Below are positions 32,935-42,261 of a DNA stretch of 64,000 nucleotides, in pieces. Made by a program: the position numbers and the translations under genes. The notes below the pieces were generated by a model. The model saw nothing but the letters and a program-made list of their open reading frames with translations, had not been told where the DNA came from and searched no databases. The stretch is from the sequence record EF437941; one strand, 5' to 3'. The stretch comes from Escherichia phage Phi1. Within the stretch, counting starts at the first letter, position 1, and each line of letters begins with the position of its first letter.

Positions 32935-34176
32935 ATGACTCATATTTTTACTGAACTGTTGCGGGAATCTACTTCCTCAGTAGCTAACCAGACAGCGCGA
33001 CCGCAACTATTATCATTAACTCGCGCGGTAAACAACCTGATTTTCTCTGATCTGGTAGCGATCCAGCCAACGGATCAACCAGTATCTGCATTGTACGGCC
33101 TACGTTATCTTAATCATGATGGTCAGATGACTTTCCGAACTGCTGCAACCTACGGTGGAGCGGTTGGTGATCGCACAGAGATTGAAGAGTTTTCAAAAGA
33201 AAAATCTTATGACGAAGGCGCACTATTCAAATCAGGCGATGTTGTATACGAAGTTGTGACCGCTGGTACAGTCGGTGAAGATGCCGCAACTCCAGAAGCT
33301 GCGATCTTTAAAGGCGTAATGACAAACAAAATTCGTTTCTATAGCGATTGTGCATCGGTAGAATACTTTGAAGATAAAAACACCGAAATTGCGTCTACCT
33401 CTATGCAGTTTGACAAGTGGCAAGTTAATGTAGGTTCTCGTAAACTGAAAACCTCGTTCACCACTGAATTAATGCAGGATCTTGAGGCAAGCCAAATCAA
33501 CTCTGAAAACTCTGTAATTGATCTTCTGGCTACTGTTGCTTCCGAAGAGATCAACAAAGATATTATTCAGAAGTTGATCACTGTATCATCTCGCTATAAA
33601 ATTAAAGGGATCACCCCTGATGGCGTACTTTCTCTCGTTAGCGTTCAGGATGCACCAACACAAGCGCGTGAACTTTACCGCTATGCTTGCGAGATGAGCA
33701 ATCAAATGTTGCGGACTTCCTCCTTTGCTGGTACATACGTTTTGGCGTCTTCTCGCGTGGTTGGCCTCCTGCAATCTTCCGGTTGGATGGAAGAAACCGA
33801 CAATGCTCTAAGCGAAGGTCGTCTACGTTGCGGTCTGGAAGTGTACGCAGACACGACAACACCTTTCGATTATATGCTCGTTGGTTGTAAGCACATGATC
33901 GGTGATATGGAGAGTGTAGGTTCTCTGTTCTACTCCCCATATACAGAAGCCGACGGCGCTGGCGCGTATAAGAGTGTAATTGACCCTAATAGCTTCCAGC
34001 ATCATGTAGCTATTATGAATCGTTATTCACTCTCTGTCAACCCATACACATCAAAAGTTGATCAGGAAGAACACCAGGTCATCAAGGGTGACGATTGGGG
34101 TAAAATGGCTGGACGTTCAGAAATGTCCTACATTTTAGGAATCGAACTGCCACCGCTTGAGATTGACAACGCTTAA
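32935..34176 (+). CDS. 24: head vertex protein gp24
   Basis: Start moved from the track TTG (32887) to ATG at 32935; N-terminus ...ELLREST... resembles T4 gp24. Confidence 0.85.
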   Translation: MTHIFTELLRESTSSVANQTARPQLLSLTRAVNNLIFSDLVAIQPTDQPVSALYGLRYLNHDGQMTFRTAATYGGAVGDRTEIEEFSKEKSYDEGALFKSGDVVYEVVTAGTVGEDAATPEAAIFKGVMTNKIRFYSDCASVEYFEDKNTEIASTSMQFDKWQVNVGSRKLKTSFTTELMQDLEASQINSENSVIDLLATVASEEINKDIIQKLITVSSRYKIKGITPDGVLSLVSVQDAPTQARELYRYACEMSNQMLRTSSFAGTYVLASSRVVGLLQSSGWMEETDNALSEGRLRCGLEVYADTTTPFDYMLVGCKHMIGDMESVGSLFYSPYTEADGAGAYKSVIDPNSFQHHVAIMNRYSLSVNPYTSKVDQEEHQVIKGDDWGKMAGRSEMSYILGIELPPLEIDNA

Positions 34177-34764
34177 CTAAATATCTAACCAAGACAAGTC
34201 AGATCCGCCCAAGATTTTTTCGACGGCGGATCTATTTTCTTGATGATATAAGTTAAAACATGGTATCCCATGTCTACGGGCAACATAAACAGCAATTCGA
34301 GTTCCTCCCGAAACGATTCCATTAACTTCTTTCGCCCAGAATATCACACAATCTACAGGATCATCAAGTGTCTCACCTAAGACTTGAGCAACATTTCTAG
34401 AAAACAGATTTTGCATGTATAACGGTATAGAACGAGGATTATCATAAACGTGTTCTAATTCATCCATCGCCAGATTTTTTTGTTCTAAGGTTTGCCATGC
34501 AATCACATCATGACCGTTATGCTTGTGGTCATAAAACTTCCAATTTGGAATGAAAATTTTTCTATAATCTGGATCGTAATACTTCATGAAAGCATTGTCC
34601 ATACCGTAAGCCCCTCCAGAATGCGCTACAACGCGATTTTCTGACAATACCCTCCCAATGGTACTAGCCATTATCAAAATGTCGCTAGGCGCTTTTCTAG
34701 AGCCGATTAAAGCACATCTACGAAGTGGTTTTACTCCAAATAGATCTTGTAACTGGTCAAACAT
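34177..34764 (-). CDS. DprA/Smf-like SLOG-family Rossmann-fold protein
   Basis: 195 aa; GSRKAP...VVAHSGGAYGMDNAF resembles the GSR...SGGAxGxD signature of DprA/SLOG proteins; RBS GGAGGA; stop codon abuts the gene 24 stop. Confidence 0.5.
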   Translation of the reverse strand: MFDQLQDLFGVKPLRRCALIGSRKAPSDILIMASTIGRVLSENRVVAHSGGAYGMDNAFMKYYDPDYRKIFIPNWKFYDHKHNGHDVIAWQTLEQKNLAMDELEHVYDNPRSIPLYMQNLFSRNVAQVLGETLDDPVDCVIFWAKEVNGIVSGGTRIAVYVARRHGIPCFNLYHQENRSAVEKILGGSDLSWLDI

Positions 34765-34916
34765 AATATTTCCTCCATAGAAAGCAATATCATACTACAA
34801 GTTAATAACAAATACAAGTATCCGCGTAGCGGAAGCGAGCACAGCGAGCAATAAAACACTTCCAGTAATTGATTAATAAATGTTCGAAACAAATTTTTAT
34901 TATTCTATAAGATAAG

Positions 34917-34942
34917 TCTTCGTTTTGATCATAATTTAATCA
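34917..34942. repeat. 26-bp direct repeat, copy A
   Basis: TCTTCGTTTTGATCATAATTTAATCA; identical copy 149 bp away in an ORF-free region. Confidence 0.8.
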
Positions 34943-35065
34943 TACATGTAAAAACTACACAAAAGGATATCGCTTCGCGAACTCCTACGGAGTATAACAT
35001 TTGTGTTACAATATGTAGTGATTAATAATTAACCAAAGATACATTTTCTATGTTCTAAAGATCTT

Positions 35066-35091
35066 TCTTCGTTTTGATCATAATTTAATCA
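35066..35091. repeat. 26-bp direct repeat, copy B
   Basis: Identical to copy A; on the + strand copy B reads TTGATC, 17 bp, TATTAA (promoter-like). Confidence 0.8.
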
Positions 35092-35143
35092 AACAGTATT
35101 AATATTGTGCACATGTAAACTAAAATTATGTTAATAACAGATA

Positions 35144-35169
35144 CAAAAAAGCCGCCCCAAAGGACGGCT
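35144..35169 (-). terminator. rho-independent terminator (- strand) after the 145-aa gene
   Basis: On the - strand: AGCCGTCC-TTTG-GGGCGGCT followed by TTTTTT. Confidence 0.65.
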
Positions 35170-35177
35170 AATGTTAA

Positions 35178-35615
35178 TTATTTGTTGATAACGATCTGAT
35201 TTCGGCGAATGGTAACATTACTCTTAGAGATGATCAGATCATCCGGCACTACGTTAGTTTTGTATGGTTGGAAGCGAACAAGCATCTGATTGCGTTTAGA
35301 CCCTTCCTTAATCTTGATTTCCATCTGGATATTGTTGCCTACGTGAGCAACCGCAATTTCACCTTTATTCTCATAGACCCACTTGCTGGTAACGTCTCCA
35401 GCAAAAGCCTTAATAACTTGCAATGCTTCGTCGTATGCGGTAGAGCTGTGAACTTTCAGAAGGCCAGCCGTAGCAAGACGTGAGCAGGTGATCGCCGGAG
35501 ATTGCCAAACATCAACATTAATTTGCTCAATCAGAGTAACACCGCCCTGATCAACTGCTTTAAATGCTTCGAACATTGCCTTTTTCATTGCTACGTGGTT
35601 TTTACGGAATTTCAT
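35178..35615 (-). CDS. hypothetical protein (145 aa)
   Basis: ATG with RBS GAGGTGA; no recognised motif. Confidence 0.55.
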   Translation of the reverse strand: MKFRKNHVAMKKAMFEAFKAVDQGGVTLIEQINVDVWQSPAITCSRLATAGLLKVHSSTAYDEALQVIKAFAGDVTSKWVYENKGEIAVAHVGNNIQMEIKIKEGSKRNQMLVRFQPYKTNVVPDDLIISKSNVTIRRNQIVINK

Positions 35616-35661
35616 AATTAGTCACCTCTATTGATTAGTTATTCAGAATATTAATTACAAA

Positions 35662-35937
35662 TCAGGACATTGCCCGTTTGAATGCGTCCATTATAACAGT
35701 GTTATTTGGCTTGTCAACACGTTTTTGAACTTTATTTTTAAATTTTTTGTTGATGTGGTGTTTACGATAAACAACCTTTTCACGGTTGGCGTAAGCCTCG
35801 CGTGCGTCTTTTACCATCAACCATGCCTTAGCCGCATCTTGTCCGCTGATCCCGCCAATCTTCTTAGCAATATCAACAAAATTAAGACCGTGGTCTTCGC
35901 GTAGCATGTAAACCATTAACGCTGTTTTCTTGTCCAT
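35662..35937 (-). CDS. putative helix-turn-helix DNA-binding protein (91 aa)
   Basis: Internal ATG of the 127-aa track ORF that overlaps the stop of the upstream membrane-protein ORF; HTH-like segment ALMVYMLREDHGLNFVDIAKKIGGISGQDAAKAW. Confidence 0.4.
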   Translation of the reverse strand: MDKKTALMVYMLREDHGLNFVDIAKKIGGISGQDAAKAWLMVKDAREAYANREKVVYRKHHINKKFKNKVQKRVDKPNNTVIMDAFKRAMS

Positions 35938-36134
35938 CACTTCGCCCCATTGACGATTAACAGGATAGTGATCAGCACCGGAAACTGGATCATGATAGTG
36001 CCAATAAACCGGATAAATGCATTTTCTGACTTCCACACATGACATGCGACTAGCTGATAGACCATCGTTGAAACCAGAACTAGGATATAAACCGAAAGCG
36101 GTGTAACTTCGATTAGTCGGGAAATCTCATTCAT
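35937..36134 (-). CDS. small membrane protein (65 aa, two predicted TM helices)
   Basis: ATG with RBS GAGGTGA; two hydrophobic stretches; stop overlaps the start of the next ORF. Confidence 0.45.
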   Translation of the reverse strand: MNEISRLIEVTPLSVYILVLVSTMVYQLVACHVWKSENAFIRFIGTIMIQFPVLITILLIVNGAK

Positions 36135-36261
36135 ACTTCACCTCATACATTCATAAACACAACAACGAATAATACAGTAACAGTTATCAACGCCATTTTC
36201 AACCCCATATTCATAATATTTTCTTCGCCTCACTATGGACAATAGCATGTCGATGCGTGCC

Positions 36262-36289
36262 ATTATAGGCATCTAAATCGCTCTGTCAA
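36262..36289 (-). promoter_or_regulatory. consensus sigma70 promoter (- strand)
   Basis: On the - strand: TTGACA, 16 bp, TATAAT; drives the membrane-protein/HTH pair through a roughly 120-nt leader. Confidence 0.6.
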
Positions 36290-36293
36290 GCAC

Positions 36294-36324
36294 AAAAACA
36301 AAAAAGCCACCCCGAAGGATGGCT
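36294..36324 (-). terminator. rho-independent terminator (- strand) after hoc
   Basis: On the - strand: AGCCATCC-TTCG-GGGTGGCT followed by TTTTTTGTTTTT. Confidence 0.65.
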
Positions 36325-36335
36325 GATAGATTTCA

Positions 36336-37550
36336 TTAAGCAGGATGCGTTTCACGAATGCGTAGAACTCGCTCTAACGTCTCTCGGTCCAGTTTATGTA
36401 ACTCTTTGGAATGATACATGAAACCATTGCGAGATTCCATGCAAGTGCAATCACTATATTTTTCTTCCGCTGCCGCGATTGTCTCCAGATCTTTGGCGTA
36501 CTTGCTGGTTGAATAAACTTCTCGATCACGCCACTCTAACCCAGCCTCATTGAATTTAACAATCTCGTCAAATACCCACCATCCAATGTAGATAAATGAA
36601 GTTTTGCGCCACGGGATCGGGTGTACGTAACGAAACATTTTAACAACTTCCATTGAACATTTTCGGCTTGTACTTGCTGCAACTTCTACTGTTTCATCTT
36701 CGATCTGTTGATATAGTTTAGCAACACACCAGAATTTGGCTGTGTCATCGTAAGTAACACTCTCTTTGAACAGATGACCGTCTGGCATGATAGAAAATCC
36801 TTCCAGTGCTTCGCCGACCTCACTACCGATTAGAGTCGGTGACGGTTGCCCTTCGCGCTGCAAATACCAGTTATATTTGATCGTCAAATTAGGCATACCG
36901 CTAGAATCGCCTACAATGTCCTCTGACACAACATAATTAAGTGATATCTCATTACCTAGTGCCACGGTCTTTGATTCCACCACATCCTGATCTACGTTCA
37001 TTGTTGCCAGCATGATTTTAGTCGATGCGCTAGCGGCTGAATCTTCCGACTCACCCCACACTTTTACAGTATACAAGCCGTTTTTATCTGCTGTAAATTC
37101 TCGGATTGTAATATCCTGTTTTGTGTCTATAACGTCTTCGCCCTTACTCCAACTATAATGTAGTTCATAGTCGTCTGCTGGAGTCTTCCCACCAGAAAAT
37201 TTTACTGTTGCATGTAATTCTACGTCTTTTTGTGATGATACGTAAAAATGCTGCGGTTCGGTGATATTTACGATTAATTCAGCTTCTTCCATGAGGAAAA
37301 CTTCAGATTCTACTGATTCCGTCGTATCGGTATCTTGTACCGTTACTTTATAGCTACCCGCATTTTCACTTGTTGCGTCTGCTACAGTTAGCGTAGCTGT
37401 GTTATTTTCATGCGGTTGGTCGTCTTTTGTCCATGTATATGTCAAATTGCTGGGTAATGGTTCGTCACCCGCTACAGTCGCCGTTAAGGTGAAACCATCT
37501 CCAGCAAGAAAACATCTTTTGTTAGATTGTATTGATACTGTGAAAGCCAT
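36336..37550 (-). CDS. hoc: highly immunogenic outer capsid protein Hoc (Ig-like domains)
   Basis: 404 aa; C-terminal YVHPIPWRKTSFIYIGWWVFDEI...ESRNGFMYH closely resembles the T4 Hoc capsid-binding C-terminus. Confidence 0.8.
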   Translation of the reverse strand: MAFTVSIQSNKRCFLAGDGFTLTATVAGDEPLPSNLTYTWTKDDQPHENNTATLTVADATSENAGSYKVTVQDTDTTESVESEVFLMEEAELIVNITEPQHFYVSSQKDVELHATVKFSGGKTPADDYELHYSWSKGEDVIDTKQDITIREFTADKNGLYTVKVWGESEDSAASASTKIMLATMNVDQDVVESKTVALGNEISLNYVVSEDIVGDSSGMPNLTIKYNWYLQREGQPSPTLIGSEVGEALEGFSIMPDGHLFKESVTYDDTAKFWCVAKLYQQIEDETVEVAASTSRKCSMEVVKMFRYVHPIPWRKTSFIYIGWWVFDEIVKFNEAGLEWRDREVYSTSKYAKDLETIAAAEEKYSDCTCMESRNGFMYHSKELHKLDRETLERVLRIRETHPA

Positions 37551-37645
37551 ATAAAGCCACTCCCATCGAAAATCCGAATTTAATTAATTGAAATAGTTGA
37601 TTGTCATCAACCAGATAACCATTGCGAGATTCCAATACATGAGTA

Positions 37646-37810
37646 TTAGAATAGTGATGCAACGAGGCCGAAATAGTATCGATCTCGTCTGGGTATTTGT
37701 TCTGCTATAAAGTCTGCTGTACTAACAACAATCTTTAACAGAAGTGGATGACCAACGGAGCCATAAACCGGATCTTCTGTTTGATGTAATACATTGATTT
37801 TGTTAGACAT
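37646..37810 (-). CDS. hypothetical protein (54 aa)
   Basis: Start set to the ATG with RBS AGAGGA (track lists a longer 62-aa ORF). Confidence 0.35.
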   Translation of the reverse strand: MSNKINVLHQTEDPVYGSVGHPLLLKIVVSTADFIAEQIPRRDRYYFGLVASLF

Positions 37811-37890
37811 GTAGTATCCTCTTTTTAATTGCATAACGGAACTACAATTAAAATTATAACAAATATTTCACAACTTTTATCACCCAAAAA

Positions 37891-38616
37891 TTACTTGAGT
37901 GTGTGGAATTGGCTATGTTTAGTCTCTCGCACCTTGACAGACCCATCGCGTTTGATATAATAGATCAGTGACTTGAGGGTGTCGTGTACATACGCGTGCG
38001 GGAAACGCTCTGGATACTTCTTCCAATCTGGAGTATTAACGATCCAGTCGAAAATCCACCACGGGCAGGAGTAGTAACCACGACCGCCACCGATCAAACA
38101 AATGGTCGGACGGAAACCAGTAAGATCGCAAAATGAATCAGTGTCATGTGCTGGGGAACGATGTTCTGCTTCGTCAGAGAAAATGTTTGCTACCGGAGAT
38201 TTCACTTTAACTTCCGGTGCTTCTTCAACATCTGACTTAACTTCTTCGACCACTTGTTCAACTGCTGGAGATTCTTCTTTTGTTTCTTCAATGACGATCT
38301 CAGGTTCTTTCATTGCTTCACCCAGAGACGGATCAACTTCGTCAAATACTACTTTATCATCTGCGGTATCTGCTGCCAGAATAAGATCGTTAATACTGGT
38401 TCCTTCTGCCGGAGTTTCTTCTTCCATTTCGGAAGCCAGTTTAGTTAATTCGGTTTCTACGAACTCGATCATGTTCTCTAGCGAGAGCGTCTTTTTGACC
38501 TTTATATCAAATTGTTTTGCGTAGTCCGCTAATTCTGTTTTAGCTGTTTTCTGTGCTTCTTTGTCGTCGGACGCCGCAATAGCGCGGAGTTCTTCGAAAT
38601 ATTCTTTATCAAACAT
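37891..38616 (-). CDS. Inh-like protein (tentative), acidic N-terminal region and Cys-containing C-terminal domain
   Basis: 241 aa; RBS AGGAGA; sits between hoc and uvsW where T4 has inh; identity rests on position only. Confidence 0.4.
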   Translation of the reverse strand: MFDKEYFEELRAIAASDDKEAQKTAKTELADYAKQFDIKVKKTLSLENMIEFVETELTKLASEMEEETPAEGTSINDLILAADTADDKVVFDEVDPSLGEAMKEPEIVIEETKEESPAVEQVVEEVKSDVEEAPEVKVKSPVANIFSDEAEHRSPAHDTDSFCDLTGFRPTICLIGGGRGYYSCPWWIFDWIVNTPDWKKYPERFPHAYVHDTLKSLIYYIKRDGSVKVRETKHSQFHTLK

Positions 38617-38643
38617 GTTATTCTCCTGATTGGGGGGTGTTTG

Positions 38644-38651
38644 TATAAATA
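38644..38651 (+). promoter_or_regulatory. late promoter TATAAATA upstream of uvsW
   Basis: Exact TATAAATA 36 nt upstream of the uvsW ATG. Confidence 0.55.
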
Positions 38652-38687
38652 TTTGTATACTGTATTTATTGAGTGAGGCTATTCGCT

Positions 38688-40190
38688 ATGCAAGATATTA
38701 AAATTCACTTTCTGAACTACTCTCATGTTCAAATTGAATGTAGCGATTCAATTTTATTAGAAATGCGAGATTATTTTAGTTTTGAAGTCGAGGGAGCGCG
38801 GTTTCAAAAAAGATTTAAGTATGGTGGATGGGATGGGCGTATTCGTCTTTTAGATTACAACGGAAAGCTGCCAATCGGCCTAACTAAAACCGTGGGAATC
38901 TTCGCTAAAAATATGGGCTATAGCGTATGGGTAGATCCTCGCTTATTCGAAAAAGAACAAGTTACAGAAGAAGAAATTACAAAATGGTGTAATGACTTAG
39001 AATTATATTCCGGTGCTAACAGGATCACCCCTCATTGGTATCAATCAAAGGCCGTCTTTGAAGGTATTCATCATAAACGCCGTATGTTAGTTTTGCCTAC
39101 GTCCGCTGGTAAATCTGCGATTGCTTGTATGTTGTCTCGTTGGTACTTAGAGAATTACGAAGGGAAAGTGTTGATCATCGTTCCTACCACGTCGCTAGTG
39201 CTGCAAATGCGTGATGACTTTGTTGATTATCGCCAGTTTCCTTATGAAGCAATTCATACTATCATGAGCGGTACTAGTAAACACGTAGGTGATCGCCTGA
39301 TCGTTGTTAGTACGTGGCAATCTGCATGTAAACAACCTCGTGAGTGGTTCCAACAATTCGGGATGGTTATTGTTGACGAATGTCACAAAGCCACTGCTAA
39401 AAACCTGCTAAACATCGTTACTGATATGGATCATTGCCAATTTAAGATCGGCATGACTGGTTCCCCTCGTGACGGGAAAGCTAACATGATGCAGTATGTC
39501 GGGCTTTTCGGTGATATTTCTAAGATCGTGAGTATTGACCGCCTGATGGAAGAAGGGCAGGTGACAAAACTGAAAATTAACTGTCTTTTCCTTCGTTATA
39601 CCGATGAGGAATGTAGCGCGGTTAAGGGGCGAGAATATGCGGAAGAGATCAAGTATATTACGTCTAACCCACGACGAAATAAGTTTGCTTGTAATTTGGC
39701 GCTAAAACTCGCTAAGAAGGGAGAAAACGTATTCCTGATGTTCCGCAATACTAAGCACGGAAAACTTATGTATGATGCGTTACAGAAGGTACACGACAAG
39801 GTTTATTATATTGACGGTGGAGTTAAGACAGAAGAACGTGATGAATTTAAGAAAATGGCGGAGGGTGACACCGGGATCATTTGTGTTGCGTCTTATGGTG
39901 TGTTCTCTACTGGTGTTTCAATTAAGAATTTGCACCATGTTATTTTCGGTCATCCAGTGAAGGAATCAACTATCGTTCGTCAGAGTATCGGTCGTGCATT
40001 GCGTAAACATGGTTCGAAAGACATTGCAACGGTCTGGGATCTTATAGATCATCTGGCGGTGAAGACAAAGAGCAAGAATGCTAAGAAACAGTTTAGTCAC
40101 CTTAATTATGCTCTTAAACATGCCCTTGAAAGAATAAAAATTTACAACACCGACCGATTCGAATATGTCACGAAAACCATCGAGATATAA
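38688..40190 (+). CDS. uvsW: UvsW DNA/RNA helicase
   Basis: Start moved from the track GTG to ATG at 38688 (MQDIKIHF... like T4 MDIKVHF); Walker A LVLPTSAGKS, DExH-like VIVDECHKA. Confidence 0.9.
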   Translation: MQDIKIHFLNYSHVQIECSDSILLEMRDYFSFEVEGARFQKRFKYGGWDGRIRLLDYNGKLPIGLTKTVGIFAKNMGYSVWVDPRLFEKEQVTEEEITKWCNDLELYSGANRITPHWYQSKAVFEGIHHKRRMLVLPTSAGKSAIACMLSRWYLENYEGKVLIIVPTTSLVLQMRDDFVDYRQFPYEAIHTIMSGTSKHVGDRLIVVSTWQSACKQPREWFQQFGMVIVDECHKATAKNLLNIVTDMDHCQFKIGMTGSPRDGKANMMQYVGLFGDISKIVSIDRLMEEGQVTKLKINCLFLRYTDEECSAVKGREYAEEIKYITSNPRRNKFACNLALKLAKKGENVFLMFRNTKHGKLMYDALQKVHDKVYYIDGGVKTEERDEFKKMAEGDTGIICVASYGVFSTGVSIKNLHHVIFGHPVKESTIVRQSIGRALRKHGSKDIATVWDLIDHLAVKTKSKNAKKQFSHLNYALKHALERIKIYNTDRFEYVTKTIEI

Positions 40191-40233
40191 TAAATAGGGG
40201 CTTTAATGCCCCTCTATTCTACGGAGATTACAA

Positions 40234-40470
40234 ATGATTAGCTTTAAACGTTTTTTGGTTGAGGCCGCTATTGACGGTTTCATGCGTAAGATTTATTCTT
40301 GTAATACTATCGAGGGATTAAATGAACTTGAGGCATATTATGAGAAGCGCAAGAAAGAAACAGAATTGAAACCTGCTGATGATATTTCGATCCGTGATGC
40401 CATCGCTGGACGCCGTAAGCAATTGGAAGCGGACAACGAGCCAGAAGAGGAGCCGGAAGAGGATTTTTAA
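40234..40470 (+). CDS. uvsW.1: UvsW.1-like small acidic protein
   Basis: 78 aa directly after uvsW with RBS; acidic C-terminus. Confidence 0.65.
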   Translation: MISFKRFLVEAAIDGFMRKIYSCNTIEGLNELEAYYEKRKKETELKPADDISIRDAIAGRRKQLEADNEPEEEPEEDF

Positions 40471-40473
40471 GAT

Positions 40474-40500
40474 ATAAAAAAGCCCCATCAATGATGGGGC
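40474..40500 (-). terminator. hairpin terminator between convergent genes
   Basis: GCCCCATCA-ATG-ATGGGGC stem-loop flanked by an A-run on + (T-run on -). Confidence 0.55.
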
Positions 40501-40533
40501 AAAATAAACCAATTAAAATCGGTTATCAACAAA

Positions 40534-40710
40534 TTACATTAACAGCATTGTTTGCTCTACGAGTTGTTCTTGTTCTTCGCCGTTCGCATCTTCACTAATC
40601 GAACGTTCTGTTACTAGCTGTAAGCAGTAGCCAGTGTGAACAACGCCGTTTTCTGTCTGGACTGATAACGCATCCTCGACAGGTTGTTTACAACAAATAC
40701 AGATTTTCAT
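40534..40710 (-). CDS. small Cys-rich protein (58 aa), uvsY.-2 position
   Basis: ATG with RBS AGGAGG; CICC...C Zn-ribbon-like spacing; below the ORF-track cut-off. Confidence 0.5.
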   Translation of the reverse strand: MKICICCKQPVEDALSVQTENGVVHTGYCLQLVTERSISEDANGEEQEQLVEQTMLLM

Positions 40711-40731
40711 AAAAATTCCTCCTGCATGTAT

Positions 40732-41139
40732 TTAGCGACCAGATTCCAACATACGCAATTCTATAGCATTCTTGATCGCAAAGCCACGAGATTTAACGAT
40801 ATCAAGTGCGCGACCAGCAAAATCCATTACCATCTGGTAATATGCAATTTTTGTATCAAGCGGTAAGATCTCGTCGTCTGCTGCCATGACAACTTTCAAT
40901 TCTGATTTCTCATATTCAGCACGACACCAGTCATCACTACGGTTAGTGTAAAAGTCAAGACGATTTTTCATAGCCTTTTTCTTTTTAGCCTCAAGTGCAA
41001 TCGTCTCTCTTTTCGCCTCGCTGTAAATCCTTAACCACTTTGAGTATACTACCGGATTATTCAGCGCCTCCCATTGCAACTTAGTCGCATCGATCTTCAT
41101 GTCAGCTTCTAATTGTTCTTTCAAATCGTTTAGGTCCAT
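40732..41139 (-). CDS. uvsY: UvsY recombination mediator
   Basis: 135 aa; YSKWL and C-terminal KSRGFAIKN resemble T4 UvsY. Confidence 0.85.
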   Translation of the reverse strand: MDLNDLKEQLEADMKIDATKLQWEALNNPVVYSKWLRIYSEAKRETIALEAKKKKAMKNRLDFYTNRSDDWCRAEYEKSELKVVMAADDEILPLDTKIAYYQMVMDFAGRALDIVKSRGFAIKNAIELRMLESGR

Positions 41140-41186
41140 AATATCCCCTTATTCACACTAAGACCTATATCATATCACACACAAAA

Positions 41187-41573
41187 TCACTTTGCAAGTC
41201 TTATGCGTAGTTGTTCAAGATCATCTGGGTTATCTATTACTGAAAAGTAGATTGATACTATGATTGAGTTATCGTCGTACTGCGGAGTTACTTCTACTGT
41301 CAGGTTTCGGACCCGTGGTTCATAGTTTCGGATCGCCTCATTGATGTTTTTTGATAAGGTATCCACTGTCAGTGGGTTCATGTTCTCAAACAGTGATTTA
41401 TTGAGATCGCATCCAAACAGTGGATCAAATGGACGAGACCCCTTGCGAGTAGTCACGATCAGTAGAATAGAATCTTTAACCGCTTTAATACCTATGTTCT
41501 TTTTAACGTCGTTATTCCACGATCTGGATATATTGAGATCCAAATCAGTATACATCTGATTAATAGTTGCCAT
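41187..41573 (-). CDS. 25: baseplate wedge protein gp25
   Basis: Start moved to ATG at 41573 (RBS GAGGT); TTRKGSRPFDP.FGCDL and FSVIDNPDD match T4 gp25. Confidence 0.9.
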   Translation of the reverse strand: MATINQMYTDLDLNISRSWNNDVKKNIGIKAVKDSILLIVTTRKGSRPFDPLFGCDLNKSLFENMNPLTVDTLSKNINEAIRNYEPRVRNLTVEVTPQYDDNSIIVSIYFSVIDNPDDLEQLRIRLAK

Positions 41574-41581
41574 GTTATACC

Positions 41582-42211
41582 TCAAAGAATTTTAAGGAAA
41601 CTGGATAGACCTGATAATGAATATACACCAGATTCCCCGCATTCGCACTTGATCGGTACTGCCAGCGTGATTTGATTTCTTGTTAGCTCGTCGATCACTT
41701 CTTCCACTTTATCCGTGGTAAGCATATCCAGCACGCGGTCAAAGTCCTGTGCGTTCAGGTCGTCTATATTGAATTGTTGATCGCCGATCACGATATATTC
41801 GATACATGCAATTACCATCTGCATAATATCAACATCTTCTGTAAACTTAGGTTGACGAAACTTGATTTTTACTTGTCCTAAGTCCAGAATATACGGTTCA
41901 ACTTCTGGTATCTGTGTGCGTGAAACATCAAGAGAATATACTTTCTCTTTATTGCATACACCACACACCCAAGTAGCATCAATTTTCATCTTATTGAGGC
42001 TGTGACACCATAAGAGAAGAAAAAGATATTCTGCTTCGCATTTCTCTAGCTCTAATGCATTGATCCCCGTACATTCATGTATGATCTCTATAACAACCTC
42101 TGACAGCTTGCCAGTCTCTTTTGCTGCTACCAGTTTTTGAAATTCGCCGAAGGTGAAAGCACGGGCGTGTATCAACTTTTCGCCTAATTGGATCTTGAAA
42201 AAGTATTGCAT
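41582..42211 (-). CDS. 26: baseplate hub protein gp26
   Basis: 209 aa; synteny 25-26-51. Confidence 0.75.
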   Translation of the reverse strand: MQYFFKIQLGEKLIHARAFTFGEFQKLVAAKETGKLSEVVIEIIHECTGINALELEKCEAEYLFLLLWCHSLNKMKIDATWVCGVCNKEKVYSLDVSRTQIPEVEPYILDLGQVKIKFRQPKFTEDVDIMQMVIACIEYIVIGDQQFNIDDLNAQDFDRVLDMLTTDKVEEVIDELTRNQITLAVPIKCECGESGVYSLSGLSSFLKIL

Positions 42212-42253
42212 AATAAAACACCCTTTATAAACACATAGAATTATTTAGTATTT

Positions 42254-42261
42254 TATAAATA
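42254..42261 (+). promoter_or_regulatory. late promoter TATAAATA upstream of gene 51
   Basis: Exact TATAAATA 21 nt upstream of the gene 51 ATG, in the divergent 26/51 region. Confidence 0.55.

Noticed and set aside
34781-34789. MotA-box-like TTGCTT on the - strand upstream of the DprA-like gene
   Set aside because: It lies only about 17 nt from the start codon, overlapping the RBS region, so it cannot be a -30 promoter element for this gene.
36150-36260. 38-codon Cys-rich ORF inside the leader of the membrane-protein operon
   Set aside because: No ribosome-binding site; more likely an untranslated leader.
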